The notes: generated from the letters alone by a model not told the origin. Shown: positions 32,718 to 47,643, numbered from the stretch's first letter. The stretch is 64,000 bases of DNA from Escherichia coli (GCF_003334335.1 NZ_QOWQ01000002.1), one strand, 5' to 3'. Numbers and translations: made by a program.

Positions 32718-34709
32718 ATGTTTAGGTTGAACCCTTTCGTACGGGTCGGGCTGTGTTTGTCCGCTATTTCTTGTGCATGGCCTGTGTTAGCGGTCGATGA
32801 TGATGGCGAAACGATGGTTGTCACTGCATCTTCCGTGGAACAAAATCTTAAAGATGCACCTGCCAGTATCAGCGTCATTACCCAGGAAGACCTGCAGCGA
32901 AAACCGGTACAGAATCTGAAGGATGTCCTCAAAGAAGTGCCTGGCGTACAACTGACGAACGAAGGGGATAACCGTAAGGGCGTTAGTATTCGTGGTCTGG
33001 ACAGCAGCTATACCCTGATTCTCGTCGACGGTAAACGCGTGAACTCCCGCAATGCCGTCTTCCGCCACAATGATTTCGATCTGAACTGGATCCCGGTCGA
33101 TTCCATCGAACGTATTGAAGTGGTCCGTGGCCCGATGTCGTCGCTGTACGGTTCCGATGCGCTCGGCGGTGTAGTGAATATCATCACCAAAAAAATCGGT
33201 CAGAAATGGTCGGGTACCGTTACCGTCGATACCACCATTCAGGAACATCGCGATCGCGGTGACACCTATAACGGTCAGTTCTTTACCAGTGGACCATTAA
33301 TTGATGGTGTGCTGGGAATGAAAGCTTACGGCAGCCTGGCAAAACGTGAAAAGGATGACCCGCAAAACTCAACGACCACCGATACCGGAGAAACGCCGCG
33401 TATTGAAGGATTCTCCAGCCGCGACGGCAATGTCGAATTTGCCTGGACACCGAATCAAAATCACGATTTTACTGCCGGATACGGTTTCGACCGTCAGGAT
33501 CGTGATTCCGACTCGCTGGACAAAAACCGCCTGGAACGCCAGAACTACTCCGTCAGCCATAATGGGCGTTGGGATTACGGCACCAGCGAACTGAAATACT
33601 ACGGTGAGAAAGTCGAGAACAAAAACCCTGGCAACAGCAGCCCGATAACTTCCGAAAGCAATACGGTCGACGGCAAATACACGTTGCCGCTGACGGCGAT
33701 TAATCAGTTTCTCACGGTTGGCGGTGAATGGCGTCACGACAAACTTAGCGATGCGGTGAACCTGACCGGGGGAACCAGCTCCAAAACGTCTGCCAGCCAG
33801 TACGCGCTGTTTGTGGAAGATGAATGGCGGATCTTCGAGCCGCTGGCGCTGACGACCGGCGTGCGTATGGACGATCACGAAACCTACGGTGAACACTGGA
33901 GTCCGCGTGCCTACCTGGTTTATAACGCCACCGACACCGTAACGGTGAAAGGGGGCTGGGCGACGGCATTTAAAGCACCTTCTCTGTTGCAACTTAGCCC
34001 TGACTGGACGAGCAATTCCTGCCGTGGCGCATGTAAGATTGTGGGTAGCCCGGATCTGAAACCAGAAACCAGCGAAAGTTGGGAGCTGGGGCTTTACTAC
34101 ATGGGTGAAGAAGGCTGGCTGGAAGGGGTTGAATCCAGCGTTACCGTTTTCCGTAACGATGTGAAAGATCGTATCAGCATCAGCCGTACGTCTGACGTCA
34201 ACGCTGCACCGGGCTACCAAAACTTTGTTGGTTTTGAGACGGGCGCTAACGGACGGCGCATACCGGTATTTAGCTACTACAACGTTAACAAAGCTCGTAT
34301 TCAGGGCGTGGAAACCGAACTGAAAATTCCGTTCAACGATGAATGGAAACTGTCGATCAACTACACCTACAACGATGGTCGTGATGTCAGCAACGGCGAA
34401 AACAAACCGCTATCCGATCTGCCGTTCCATACTGCTAACGGTACGCTGGACTGGAAACCGCTGGCGCTGGAAGACTGGTCATTCTATGTTTCTGGGCACT
34501 ATACCGGGCAGAAACGCGCCGACAGCGCGACGGCTAAAACACCGGGCGGTTATACCATCTGGAATACCGGCGCGGCCTGGCAGGTGACTAAAGACGTCAA
34601 ACTGCGCGCAGGCGTGCTGAACCTTGGCGACAAGGATCTCAGTCGTGACGACTACAGCTATAACGAAGACGGACGTCGTTACTTTATGGCAGTGGATTAT
34701 CGCTTCTGA
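32718..34709 (+). CDS. cirA: TonB-dependent catecholate siderophore receptor / colicin I receptor
   Basis: 663-aa ORF with signal peptide, TonB box and C-terminal terminal-Phe beta-barrel signature (AVDYRF); Fur boxes upstream. Confidence 0.95.
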
Positions 34710-34740
34710 TGAGAAGATGCCCGGCGAACCGGGCGGACTT

Positions 34741-35610
<870 letters not shown>

Positions 35611-35834
35611 TCATCATACCGTTTATTCAATGTGCTGTGAGTAACTTTCACTTCCGTATTTGCATAACGATGTTTTAACATCTGCTGATGAAAGGCAGCG
35701 GCAATTACAATAATTATCGCTGTGAATACTGGATTATGTGCGCCGCCTCACGCACAATAATCAGGCTGTAAATCAGCTTAATAACTTTGCCCCCACGCAG
35801 GGCGGAGGCGTCACACCTGCAGGAGAAATCATAA

Positions 35835-36503
35835 ATGCCATCACTCAGTAAAGAAGCGGCCCTGGTTCATGAAGCGTTAGTTGCGCGAGGACTGGAAACA
35901 CCGCTGCGCCCGCCCGTGCATGAAATGGATAACGAAACGCGCAAAAGCCTTATTGCTGGTCATATGACCGAAATCATGCAGCTGCTGAATCTCGACCTGG
36001 CTGATGACAGTTTGATGGAAACGCCGCATCGCATCGCTAAAATGTATGTCGATGAAATTTTCTCCGGTCTGGATTACGCCAATTTCCCGAAAATCACCCT
36101 CATTGAAAACAAAATGAAGGTCGATGAAATGGTCACCGTGCGCGATATCACTCTGACCAGCACCTGTGAACACCATTTTGTTACCATCGATGGCAAAGCG
36201 ACGGTGGCCTATATCCCGAAAGATTCGGTGATCGGTCTGTCAAAAATTAACCGCATTGTGCAGTTCTTTGCCCAGCGTCCGCAGGTGCAGGAACGTCTGA
36301 CGCAGCAAATTCTTATTGCGCTACAAACGCTGCTGGGCACCAATAACGTGGCTGTCTCGATCGACGCGGTGCATTACTGCGTGAAGGCGCGTGGCATCCG
36401 CGATGCAACCAGTGCCACGACAACGACCTCTCTTGGTGGATTGTTCAAATCCAGTCAGAATACGCGCCACGAGTTTCTGCGCGCTGTGCGTCATCACAAC
36501 TGA
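35835..36503 (+). CDS. folE: GTP cyclohydrolase I
   Basis: 222-aa ORF with the conserved STCEHH motif. Confidence 0.95.
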
Positions 36504-36519
36504 TTAAAAGGCAGGAACC

Positions 36520-37677
36520 ATGGAGCGCAACGTCACGCTCGATTTTGTTCGCGGCGTCGCCATTCTGGGGATCCTGCTATTAAACATCAGCGCCTTTGGG
36601 CTACCAAAGGCGGCTTATCTCAATCCCGCCTGGTACGGTGCTATTACGCCGCGGGATGCATGGACTTGGGCATTTCTTGATCTCATCGGCCAGGTGAAAT
36701 TCCTCACGCTTTTTGCGCTACTGTTTGGTGCGGGCCTGCAAATGTTGCTGCCCCGTGGCAGACGCTGGATCCAGTCGCGGTTAACGCTGTTAGTCTTGTT
36801 GGGCTTTATTCACGGTTTATTGTTCTGGGACGGCGATATTTTGCTGGCTTACGGGCTGGTGGGCTTAATCTGCTGGCGGCTGGTGCGCGATGCGCCATCG
36901 GTAAAAAGCCTGTTTAATACAGGCGTCATGCTTTATCTGGTGGGGCTTGGCGTTTTGCTGTTATTGGGGCTGATTTCCGACAGCCAGACCAGCCGCGCCT
37001 GGACGCCGGATGCATCGGCTATTTTGTATGAAAAATACTGGAAGCTTCACGGCGGCGTTGAAGCGATCAGTTATCGTGCCGATGGTGTTGGCAACAGTTT
37101 ACTGGCACTGGGCGCACAGTATGGCTGGCAACTGGCAGGGATGATGCTCATTGGTGCGGCGCTGATGCGCAGCGGCTGGCTGAAAGGGCAGTTCAGCTTA
37201 CGTCACTATCGTCGTACTGGTTTTGTGCTGGTGGCGATTGGGGTGACCATTAACCTTCCTGCCATCGCCCTGCAATGGCAGCTGGACTGGGCGTATCGCT
37301 GGTGTGCCTTCTTACTTCAAATGCCGCGGGAACTGAGTGCGCCGTTTCAGGCGATTGGCTATGCGTCGCTGTTTTATGGCTTCTGGCCGCAATTGAGCCG
37401 CTTTAAGCTGGTGCTTGCGATCGCCTGCGTCGGACGGATGGCGCTGACCAACTATCTATTGCAAACGCTGATTTGTACCACGCTTTTTTACCACCTCGGT
37501 TTGTTTATGCATTTTGACCGCCTGGAGCTGCTGGCGTTTGTTATTCCGGTATGGCTGGCGAATATCCTCTTCTCTGTTATCTGGCTGCGTTACTTCCGCC
37601 AGGGGCCGGTGGAATGGCTCTGGCGTCAGTTAACTTTGCGTGCTGCCGGACCGGCAATATCTAAAACATCAAGATAA
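36520..37677 (+). CDS. yeiB: DUF418-family inner membrane protein
   Basis: 385-aa polytopic membrane ORF directly downstream of folE. Confidence 0.88.
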   Translation: MERNVTLDFVRGVAILGILLLNISAFGLPKAAYLNPAWYGAITPRDAWTWAFLDLIGQVKFLTLFALLFGAGLQMLLPRGRRWIQSRLTLLVLLGFIHGLLFWDGDILLAYGLVGLICWRLVRDAPSVKSLFNTGVMLYLVGLGVLLLLGLISDSQTSRAWTPDASAILYEKYWKLHGGVEAISYRADGVGNSLLALGAQYGWQLAGMMLIGAALMRSGWLKGQFSLRHYRRTGFVLVAIGVTINLPAIALQWQLDWAYRWCAFLLQMPRELSAPFQAIGYASLFYGFWPQLSRFKLVLAIACVGRMALTNYLLQTLICTTLFYHLGLFMHFDRLELLAFVIPVWLANILFSVIWLRYFRQGPVEWLWRQLTLRAAGPAISKTSR

Positions 37678-37708
37678 CGATCTGGATCACATTCGTTAAC
37701 AAAACGGC

Positions 37709-37722
37709 TGTAACCGTTTCCA
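37709..37722. promoter_or_regulatory. GalR/GalS-type operator upstream of galS
   Basis: tgtaaccgtttcca resembles the gal operator core GTGTAAACGATTCCAC. Confidence 0.55.
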
Positions 37723-37726
37723 TTGC

Positions 37727-37742
37727 TGTGACTCGATTCACG
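37727..37742. promoter_or_regulatory. CRP-like site upstream of galS
   Basis: tgtgactcgattcacg, TGTGA-N6-TCAC pattern. Confidence 0.55.
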
Positions 37743-37818
37743 AAGTCCTGTATTCAGTGCTGACAAAATAGCCGCCAGCAAGCAGTCATTTACTGCAATC
37801 TCATAACAGGTAGTGAAT

Positions 37819-38859
37819 ATGATCACCATTCGTGATGTAGCGCGTCAGGCTGGCGTCTCTGTGGCAACGGTTTCCCGGGTGCTCAATAACAGCACGCTGG
37901 TCAGTGCCGACACGCGTGAAGCAGTAATGAAAGCCGTGAGTGAGCTGGATTATCGGCCAAACGCCAATGCCCAGGCGCTGGCAACTCAGGTTAGCGACAC
38001 CATTGGCGTGGTGGTGATGGACGTTTCTGATGCGTTTTTCGGCGCGCTGGTAAAAGCGGTGGATCTGGTCGCTCAGCAGCATCAGAAATACGTGCTAATC
38101 GGCAATAGCTATCATGAAGCGGAAAAAGAGCGTCACGCCATTGAGGTGTTAATTCGCCAGCGTTGTAATGCGTTGATTGTTCACTCAAAAGCATTGAGTG
38201 ACGATGAACTGGCGCAATTTATGGATAACATTCCCGGTATGGTGTTAATCAACCGCGTTGTGCCGGGGTACGCCCATCGTTGCGTTTGCCTGGATAATCT
38301 CAGCGGTGCCCGAATGGCGACGCGCATGTTGCTGAATAACGGTCATCAACGTATTGGTTATCTTTCTTCCAGCCACGGCATTGAAGATGACGCCATGCGT
38401 AAAGCAGGCTGGATGAGTGCGTTGAAAGAGCAGGATATTATTCCGCCGGAAAGCTGGATTGGCGCTGGTACGCCGGACATGCCGGGCGGTGAGGCGGCGA
38501 TGGTTGAACTGCTGGGGCGCAATCTACAACTTACCGCTGTATTTGCTTATAACGACAATATGGCCGCTGGCGCACTGACAGCATTAAAAGATAATGGCAT
38601 TGCGATTCCGTTACATCTCTCAATCATCGGTTTCGATGATATTCCCATCGCCCGTTACACCGACCCGCAATTAACGACCGTGCGTTATCCCATTGCTTCA
38701 ATGGCGAAATTAGCCACCGAACTGGCCTTGCAGGGGGCAGCAGGCAATATTGATCCTCGTGCCAGCCACTGTTTTATGCCGACGTTAGTGCGTCGCCATT
38801 CTGTCGCAACACGCCAGAATGCGGCGGCGATCACTAACTCAACAAATCAGGCGATGTAA
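37819..38859 (+). CDS. galS: LacI/GalR-family repressor of the mgl operon (galactose isorepressor)
   Basis: 346-aa ORF with N-terminal LacI HTH ([23 protein letters not shown]); operator-like and CRP-like sites upstream. Confidence 0.93.
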
Positions 38860-38869
38860 CCGCTTTCAA
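38854..38869. promoter_or_regulatory. GalS/GalR operator of the mgl operon
   Basis: atgtaaccgctttcaa matches the gal operator core pattern; immediately adjacent to the CRP site. Confidence 0.65.
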
Positions 38870-38871
38870 TC

Positions 38872-38887
38872 TGTGAGTGATTTCACA
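38872..38887. promoter_or_regulatory. CRP binding site of the mglB promoter
   Basis: tgtgagtgatttcaca, perfect TGTGA-N6-TCACA. Confidence 0.8.
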
Positions 38888-39138
38888 GTATCTTAACAAT
38901 GTGATAGCTATGATTGCACCGTTTTAACGTTGTAACCCGTATGTAACAGTGAATAATCACTTTTGCCGAGGTAACAGCGTCATAACAACAATTAAAGCCG
39001 TTTTCTGGAGCGTTACCGGGCATGGAAGAACGAATTTTAAAAAGTGAGCTTCGGCGTTCAGTAACACTTCATTAACTCTACTGCCCCGCCGAGCATTTAT
39101 CTCAAGCACTACCCTGCATAAGAAAAACCGGAGATACC

Positions 39139-40137
39139 ATGAATAAGAAGGTGTTAACCCTGTCTGCTGTGATGGCCAGCATGTTATTCGGTGCCGCTGC
39201 ACACGCTGCTGATACTCGCATTGGTGTAACAATCTATAAGTACGACGATAACTTTATGTCTGTAGTGCGCAAGGCTATTGAGCAAGATGCGAAAGCCGCG
39301 CCAGATGTTCAGCTGCTGATGAATGATTCTCAGAATGACCAGTCCAAGCAGAACGATCAGATCGACGTATTGCTGGCGAAAGGGGTGAAGGCACTGGCAA
39401 TCAACCTGGTTGACCCGGCAGCTGCGGGTACGGTGATTGAGAAAGCGCGTGGGCAAAACGTGCCGGTGGTTTTCTTCAACAAAGAACCGTCTCGTAAGGC
39501 GCTGGATAGCTACGACAAAGCCTACTACGTTGGCACTGACTCCAAAGAGTCCGGCATTATTCAAGGCGATTTGATTGCTAAACACTGGGCGGCGAATCAG
39601 GGTTGGGATCTGAACAAAGACGGTCAGATTCAGTTCGTACTGCTGAAAGGTGAACCGGGCCATCCGGATGCAGAAGCACGTACCACTTACGTGATTAAAG
39701 AATTGAACGATAAAGGCATCAAAACTGAACAGTTACAGTTAGATACCGCAATGTGGGACACCGCTCAGGCGAAAGATAAGATGGACGCCTGGCTGTCTGG
39801 CCCGAACGCCAACAAAATCGAAGTGGTTATCGCCAACAACGATGCGATGGCAATGGGCGCGGTTGAAGCGCTGAAAGCACACAACAAGTCCAGCATTCCG
39901 GTGTTTGGCGTCGATGCGCTGCCAGAAGCGCTGGCGCTGGTGAAATCCGGTGCACTGGCGGGCACCGTACTGAACGATGCTAACAACCAGGCGAAAGCGA
40001 CCTTTGATCTGGCGAAAAACCTGGCCGATGGTAAAGGTGCGGCTGATGGCACCAACTGGAAAATCGACAACAAAGTGGTCCGCGTACCTTATGTTGGCGT
40101 AGATAAAGACAACCTGGCTGAATTCAGCAAGAAATAA
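39139..40137 (+). CDS. mglB: Periplasmic D-galactose/D-glucose-binding protein
   Basis: 332-aa ORF with signal peptide; operon position upstream of mglA/mglC. Confidence 0.95.
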   Translation: MNKKVLTLSAVMASMLFGAAAHAADTRIGVTIYKYDDNFMSVVRKAIEQDAKAAPDVQLLMNDSQNDQSKQNDQIDVLLAKGVKALAINLVDPAAAGTVIEKARGQNVPVVFFNKEPSRKALDSYDKAYYVGTDSKESGIIQGDLIAKHWAANQGWDLNKDGQIQFVLLKGEPGHPDAEARTTYVIKELNDKGIKTEQLQLDTAMWDTAQAKDKMDAWLSGPNANKIEVVIANNDAMAMGAVEALKAHNKSSIPVFGVDALPEALALVKSGALAGTVLNDANNQAKATFDLAKNLADGKGAADGTNWKIDNKVVRVPYVGVDKDNLAEFSKK

Positions 40138-40145
40138 GACTGATT

Positions 40146-40173
40146 GGGCGCAGTCTATTACTGCGCCCTTATT
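40146..40173 (+). terminator. Intercistronic hairpin between mglB and mglA (partial terminator or stabiliser)
   Basis: 9-bp stem gggcgcagt / actgcgccc with 5-nt loop followed by ttattg. Confidence 0.6.
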
Positions 40174-40197
40174 GTATGGCCAACAAGGTAAAATTAT

Positions 40198-41718
40198 ATG
40201 GTCAGCTCAACGACTCCGTCCTCCGGGGAATACTTGTTGGAAATGAGCGGTATCAACAAGTCCTTTCCTGGTGTTAAGGCACTTGATAACGTTAATTTAA
40301 AAGTCCGGCCACATTCTATCCATGCATTAATGGGGGAAAACGGTGCAGGAAAATCGACATTATTAAAATGCCTGTTTGGTATTTATCAAAAAGACTCCGG
40401 CACCATTTTATTCCAGGGTAAAGAGATCGATTTCCATTCTGCAAAAGAAGCCCTGGAAAATGGTATTTCGATGGTACACCAGGAGTTAAACCTGGTATTA
40501 CAACGTTCGGTGATGGATAACATGTGGCTGGGGCGATATCCCACCAAAGGCATGTTTGTCGATCAGGACAAAATGTACCGCGAAACCAAAGCGATTTTTG
40601 ACGAACTGGATATTGATATCGATCCGCGTGCGCGCGTCGGCACATTATCCGTTTCGCAAATGCAGATGATCGAAATCGCCAAAGCGTTTTCCTATAACGC
40701 GAAAATTGTGATTATGGATGAACCGACTTCTTCGTTAACCGAAAAAGAGGTCAATCATCTGTTCACTATTATTCGTAAATTAAAAGAGCGCGGCTGCGGT
40801 ATTGTTTATATCTCGCATAAAATGGAAGAAATCTTCCAGTTATGTGATGAAGTTACCGTATTGCGCGACGGTCAGTGGATCGCCACCGAACCGCTGGCAG
40901 GACTGACGATGGACAAGATCATCGCCATGATGGTTGGGCGTTCTCTTAACCAGCGTTTCCCTGACAAAGAAAACAAACCGGGCGAAGTCATCCTCGAGGT
41001 ACGTAACCTGACGTCACTGCGCCAGCCGTCGATTCGCGATGTCTCGTTTGATCTGCATAAAGGGGAGATCCTCGGTATTGCCGGTCTGGTGGGGGCGAAA
41101 CGTACCGATATTGTTGAGACGTTATTTGGTATTCGCGAGAAATCGGCTGGCACCATAACGTTGCACGGCAAACAGATCAATAACCATAATGCCAACGAAG
41201 CCATAAACCATGGATTTGCACTGGTAACTGAGGAGCGCCGCTCAACGGGAATTTATGCCTATCTGGATATTGGTTTTAACTCGTTAATTTCCAATATTCG
41301 CAACTACAAAAATAAAGTTGGTTTACTGGATAACTCGCGGATGAAAAGCGATACCCAGTGGGTGATTGATTCGATGCGGGTAAAAACGCCGGGTCATCGG
41401 ACGCAAATTGGTTCGCTCTCCGGTGGTAATCAGCAAAAGGTGATTATTGGTCGCTGGCTACTAACGCAACCAGAAATATTAATGCTCGATGAACCGACGC
41501 GCGGTATTGATGTCGGGGCGAAGTTTGAAATTTATCAGTTAATTGCCGAACTGGCGAAGAAAGGCAAGGGGATTATTATTATCTCCTCTGAAATGCCTGA
41601 GTTGTTAGGGATAACAGACCGTATTCTGGTCATGAGCAATGGTCTCGTTTCCGGAATTGTCGATACAAAAACAACAACGCAAAACGAAATTCTGCGTCTT
41701 GCGTCTTTGCACCTTTAA
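40198..41718 (+). CDS. mglA: Galactose/methyl-galactoside ABC transporter ATPase (tandem ATP-binding domains)
   Basis: 506-aa ORF with Walker [10 protein letters not shown] and a second ABC domain. Confidence 0.95.
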
Positions 41719-41733
41719 GATTAGGGGCTTCCC

Positions 41734-42744
41734 ATGAGTGCGTTAAATAAGAAAAGTTTTCTTACTTACCTGAAAGAGGGCGGTATTTACGTCGTTCTTT
41801 TAGTTTTGCTGGCGATTATTATTTTCCAGGACCCAACATTTTTAAGTCTGTTGAACTTAAGTAATATTCTCACCCAGTCATCGGTGCGTATTATTATCGC
41901 GCTCGGTGTGGCAGGGTTAATTGTCACCCAGGGGACCGATCTTTCTGCTGGTCGTCAGGTAGGGCTGGCGGCAGTGGTGGCTGCGACATTATTGCAGTCC
42001 ATGGATAACGCCAACAAAGTGTTCCCGGAAATGGCGACGATGCCGATTGCGCTGGTTATTCTGATTGTCTGTGCCATTGGTGCGGTGATCGGTTTGATCA
42101 ACGGTCTGATTATCGCTTATCTCAACGTGACGCCGTTCATTACCACGCTCGGCACGATGATCATCGTCTATGGCATCAACTCGCTCTATTACGACTTTGT
42201 CGGGGCGTCGCCAATTTCTGGTTTTGACAGTGGCTTCTCTACCTTTGCTCAGGGCTTTGTCGCGCTGGGGAGTTTCCGTCTCTCTTACATCACCTTCTAC
42301 GCGTTGATTGCGGTGGCGTTCGTCTGGGTGTTGTGGAACAAAACCCGCTTCGGTAAGAACATTTTTGCCATTGGCGGTAACCCGGAAGCGGCAAAAGTAT
42401 CTGGTGTCAACGTCGGCCTGAACCTGCTGATGATCTACGCGTTGTCTGGCGTGTTCTATGCCTTTGGCGGGATGTTAGAAGCCGGACGTATCGGCTCTGC
42501 CACCAACAACCTCGGCTTTATGTATGAGCTGGATGCTATCGCGGCGTGCGTGGTAGGCGGTGTATCGTTCAGCGGCGGTGTGGGGACGGTGATTGGCGTG
42601 GTGACCGGGGTAATTATTTTTACCGTCATCAACTATGGCCTGACGTATATCGGCGTAAACCCATACTGGCAGTACATCATCAAAGGGGCGATTATTATCT
42701 TCGCCGTAGCGCTGGATTCACTGAAATACGCGCGTAAGAAATGA
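41734..42744 (+). CDS. mglC: Galactose/methyl-galactoside ABC transporter permease
   Basis: 336-aa polytopic membrane ORF; BIME cluster downstream. Confidence 0.95.
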   Translation: MSALNKKSFLTYLKEGGIYVVLLVLLAIIIFQDPTFLSLLNLSNILTQSSVRIIIALGVAGLIVTQGTDLSAGRQVGLAAVVAATLLQSMDNANKVFPEMATMPIALVILIVCAIGAVIGLINGLIIAYLNVTPFITTLGTMIIVYGINSLYYDFVGASPISGFDSGFSTFAQGFVALGSFRLSYITFYALIAVAFVWVLWNKTRFGKNIFAIGGNPEAAKVSGVNVGLNLLMIYALSGVFYAFGGMLEAGRIGSATNNLGFMYELDAIAACVVGGVSFSGGVGTVIGVVTGVIIFTVINYGLTYIGVNPYWQYIIKGAIIIFAVALDSLKYARKK

Positions 42745-42802
42745 TGTGAATGTGGTCCGCATTCGGTCATAAACGCACATAACATCATGATCTGTGTGGT
42801 TT

Positions 42803-42976
42803 TGTAGGCCGGATAAGGCGTTCACGCCGCATCCGGCAACAGGAGCCAAATGCCGGATGCAACGCTGGCGCGTTTTATCCGGCCTACAATAAGCTCAACA
42901 TACTGATTTGTATGGTTTTGTAGGCCGGATAAGGCGTTCAAGCCGCATCCGGCGACAGGAACCAAATGCCGGATGC
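42803..42976. repeat. BIME: two tandem ~115-bp units, each carrying REP copies, between mglC and preA
   Basis: Repeated tgtaggccggataaggcgttca(c/a)gccgcatccggc...ccaaatgccggatgc units. Confidence 0.85.
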
Positions 42977-42986
42977 GTCTCTGGTT

Positions 42987-44222
42987 TTACAACGTTACCG
43001 GGTGTTCTTTCTCGCCTTTCTTAAACTTCACTTCCCCGAGCTCAATACAACCCACCGGGCAGACGTGACCACAAAGCAGACAACCCACACATTTCTCGGT
43101 ATTACAATGCGGTGTGCGGGTTTTCTCGCTCCATTCCATCGCCTGGTGACCGCCGTCGTAACAGGAAATATAACAGCGTCCACAGCCAACACATTTATCA
43201 AGATTGATACGGGGATAGACAATATAACTGCGGTCTAAATCTTCCGCCGGGACAATATTGTTATTCGCCAGACCTACCATCTCCTGCAGCGAATCAAATC
43301 CCTGATCGGCGAGATAATGCGACAACCCGCTTGCCATATCTTCCACTATCCGATACCCGTACTGCATGATGCCGGTGGTCACCTGTAACGTTGCTGCGCC
43401 GAGCAATAAAAACTCAGCCGCATCCTCCCAGGTTTCAATGCCGCCGATACCGCTGATTGGGAAATCGCGCAGTTCTGGATGGGTGCGCATTTGCTGAATG
43501 AAGCGCAGGGCGATCGGTTTTACCGCTTTACCGGAATATCCGGAAATACTCGATTTTCCGTTAACGATCGGCATACCGATTTTCTGATTAAGATCGATAT
43601 TGGTGATGGATTTAACGGTGTTAATCGCCGCAATGCCATCTGCGCCGCCGCGCTTCGCCGCCAGCGCCACTTCGCACATATCACCGATATTCGGCGTCAT
43701 CTTCGCCAGCATTGGCAGCGTGGAACCCCGTTTCACTGCCCGACAATATTTTTCTACCAGCTCCGGGCTTTGCCCGACATCGCTACCCATCGCATGAGAA
43801 GTCATTTGCGGACAGGAGAAGTTACACTCGATCATATCCGCGCCAGCTTCTTGCACCAGGCGCGCCAGCTCCTCCCATTGCTGCTCATTTTCCCCCATGA
43901 TCGAAGCGATCAATACTTTGTCCGGGTAATCTTCCTTCAGCCGACGCAGGGCGGCCAGATTCTCTTCCAACGGATGTTCAGCAATCTGCTCCATATTTTT
44001 GAAGCCGATAAAACCGGTATCTTCTTTCACCAGATGATCAAAACGCGGCGAGACTTCGTTGGCGATAAAAAAGCCGATCGTTTTAAACACCACACCGCCC
44101 CAACCTGTGTCGTAGGCTTTGGCACACATCTCATAGCAGTTGCCTACCGGCGAAGAAGAGAGGCAGAACGGGTTGGGAAACTTCACGCCGCAAAAAGTAA
44201 TCGAAAGATCTTTCGTTAACAT
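42987..44222 (-). CDS. preA: NAD-dependent dihydropyrimidine dehydrogenase subunit PreA (dihydroorotate-DH-like, 2x 4Fe-4S)
   Basis: About 411-aa ORF with C-terminal ferredoxin-like Cys clusters ([23 protein letters not shown]); start overlaps preT stop. Confidence 0.92.
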   Translation of the reverse strand: MLTKDLSITFCGVKFPNPFCLSSSPVGNCYEMCAKAYDTGWGGVVFKTIGFFIANEVSPRFDHLVKEDTGFIGFKNMEQIAEHPLEENLAALRRLKEDYPDKVLIASIMGENEQQWEELARLVQEAGADMIECNFSCPQMTSHAMGSDVGQSPELVEKYCRAVKRGSTLPMLAKMTPNIGDMCEVALAAKRGGADGIAAINTVKSITNIDLNQKIGMPIVNGKSSISGYSGKAVKPIALRFIQQMRTHPELRDFPISGIGGIETWEDAAEFLLLGAATLQVTTGIMQYGYRIVEDMASGLSHYLADQGFDSLQEMVGLANNNIVPAEDLDRSYIVYPRINLDKCVGCGRCYISCYDGGHQAMEWSEKTRTPHCNTEKCVGCLLCGHVCPVGCIELGEVKFKKGEKEHPVTL

Positions 44223-45454
44223 GAGCAAGCTCCCTCTAAATAGTGATGAATCGCCTCGGCGGCTTCTTTCCCGGTTTTCACGGCATAGACCACGGTTTTG
44301 TCACCCTCAACAATATCGCCAGCAGCAAAGACTTGCGGGTCGCGGGTCTGGTAATTTTGTGTTTTGATGGTGTTACGCTGCGGCTCTAACTCCGCAAAGG
44401 CATCTAGTCTGGCATGCTGACCGACGGCGAGAATAATTTTATCTGCCGCCATCGTCAGTTCGCCCGATAACCGTACATGCTTAAACGTGACTTTATTGCC
44501 TTCCACGGCTACTGGCGTGAATCCATCGATGATCGAAACGCCCAGCTCCCGGGCGCTGGTAAACTCTTTTTCGCTTGCCGGAAACTCATCTAACTCTTCA
44601 CGCGCTACGCAAGTTACCGCCTGACAGCCGAGAACTTTCAGCGTGCTGGCTACGTCCATCGCGACATCACCGCCGCCGATAATTAATGCGCTTTGTGGAA
44701 TGCTGATATCGCCTTGCGCCTGTCGTGCACGTTGCAAGAAGTCGACGGCAATCTCAACGTCACTATGCTCAAACAGCGGTAGCCCGGAACCGCTTGATAA
44801 CCCCACGGTGACCAGTACCGCGCGGTTTTCTGCTTTCAGCTGCTCAAGGGTGAGTGTGTTACCGACTTCGTTGTTGCACTTAATGGTCACGCCCATTTTT
44901 TCAATACGGGCGATCTCTGCATCCAGCACTGATTGCGGTAACCGGAATTGCGGAATACCGTTACGCAACCAGCCACCGGGGTGCGCTTCTTTCTCATAAA
45001 TCGTGACGTCATAACCCTGGTTTGTCAGTGTCACACTGGCCTGCAATCCGGCAGGACCTGCGCCAATAATCGCGACTTTGCCGAGCGTTTTAGTACCGGG
45101 CTGATAAATTTCCATTCCGGTTTGTTGTTCAAAATCAGTAACAAAACGCTGTAAGCGGCCGATATCAATGGGAGCATCAACACCGGCACGGGTACAACCG
45201 CTTTGGCATAATTTCTCCGTCGGGCACACTCTGGCACAAACGGCACCGAGGGCATTATTTTCGCGAATTGTCTCGGCAGCGCCTTTAAAATTACGAAAGT
45301 AGATTGAGCGAATAAATTTCCCCGGATCGGTCTGTGCCGGGCAAGCCTGACTACAGGGAGCGTCGTGACATAATAAACAGCGAGAGGCTTCTTTAATCGC
45401 CAGTAAAGACGTAAAAGCCGGAGTGAGTTCATCCAGATAATTTTGTTGCGGCAT
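44216..45454 (-). CDS. preT: NAD-dependent dihydropyrimidine dehydrogenase subunit PreT (GltD-like)
   Basis: 412-aa ORF with N-terminal Fe-S Cys motifs and FAD/NAD Rossmann motif (IIGAGPAG). Confidence 0.92.
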   Translation of the reverse strand: MPQQNYLDELTPAFTSLLAIKEASRCLLCHDAPCSQACPAQTDPGKFIRSIYFRNFKGAAETIRENNALGAVCARVCPTEKLCQSGCTRAGVDAPIDIGRLQRFVTDFEQQTGMEIYQPGTKTLGKVAIIGAGPAGLQASVTLTNQGYDVTIYEKEAHPGGWLRNGIPQFRLPQSVLDAEIARIEKMGVTIKCNNEVGNTLTLEQLKAENRAVLVTVGLSSGSGLPLFEHSDVEIAVDFLQRARQAQGDISIPQSALIIGGGDVAMDVASTLKVLGCQAVTCVAREELDEFPASEKEFTSARELGVSIIDGFTPVAVEGNKVTFKHVRLSGELTMAADKIILAVGQHARLDAFAELEPQRNTIKTQNYQTRDPQVFAAGDIVEGDKTVVYAVKTGKEAAEAIHHYLEGACSC

Positions 45455-45547
45455 GTGATCTTCCTTAATGCTATAGGTAATTAAGGCGAGCGTTTAGTAA
45501 ATAATAATGTACTGATATTAAGGCTAAGCGTGCGGGGGAATTTAAAC

Positions 45548-45563
45548 TGTGAAAAGATTCACA
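45548..45563. promoter_or_regulatory. CRP-like site upstream of preT
   Basis: tgtgaaaagattcaca, perfect TGTGA-N6-TCACA about 95 bp upstream of the preT start. Confidence 0.55.
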
Positions 45564-45647
45564 AATAGCTGCGGTTAGGAATGTGATATCCGCAGCTTAT
45601 CAGGTGAAGTAATAATTATTCTCAATAATTAACTGGAGAGGGGAATA

Positions 45648-47643
<1,996 letters not shown>

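Noticed and set aside
33369-34220. 283-aa minus-strand ORF antisense to cirA
   Set aside because: Entirely nested antisense to cirA; no RBS or conserved domain; Arg/Ala/Val-rich composition consistent with a shadow ORF.
42795-42976. Repeated palindromic units that could be mistaken for a CRISPR array
   Set aside because: The units match the REP/BIME consensus (gccggatgcggcgtgaacgccttatccggcctaca family), have no unique spacers between constant repeats and no cas genes nearby.
43479-44219. 246-aa plus-strand ORF antisense to preA
   Set aside because: Nested antisense ORF inside preA; Arg/His-rich, no motifs.
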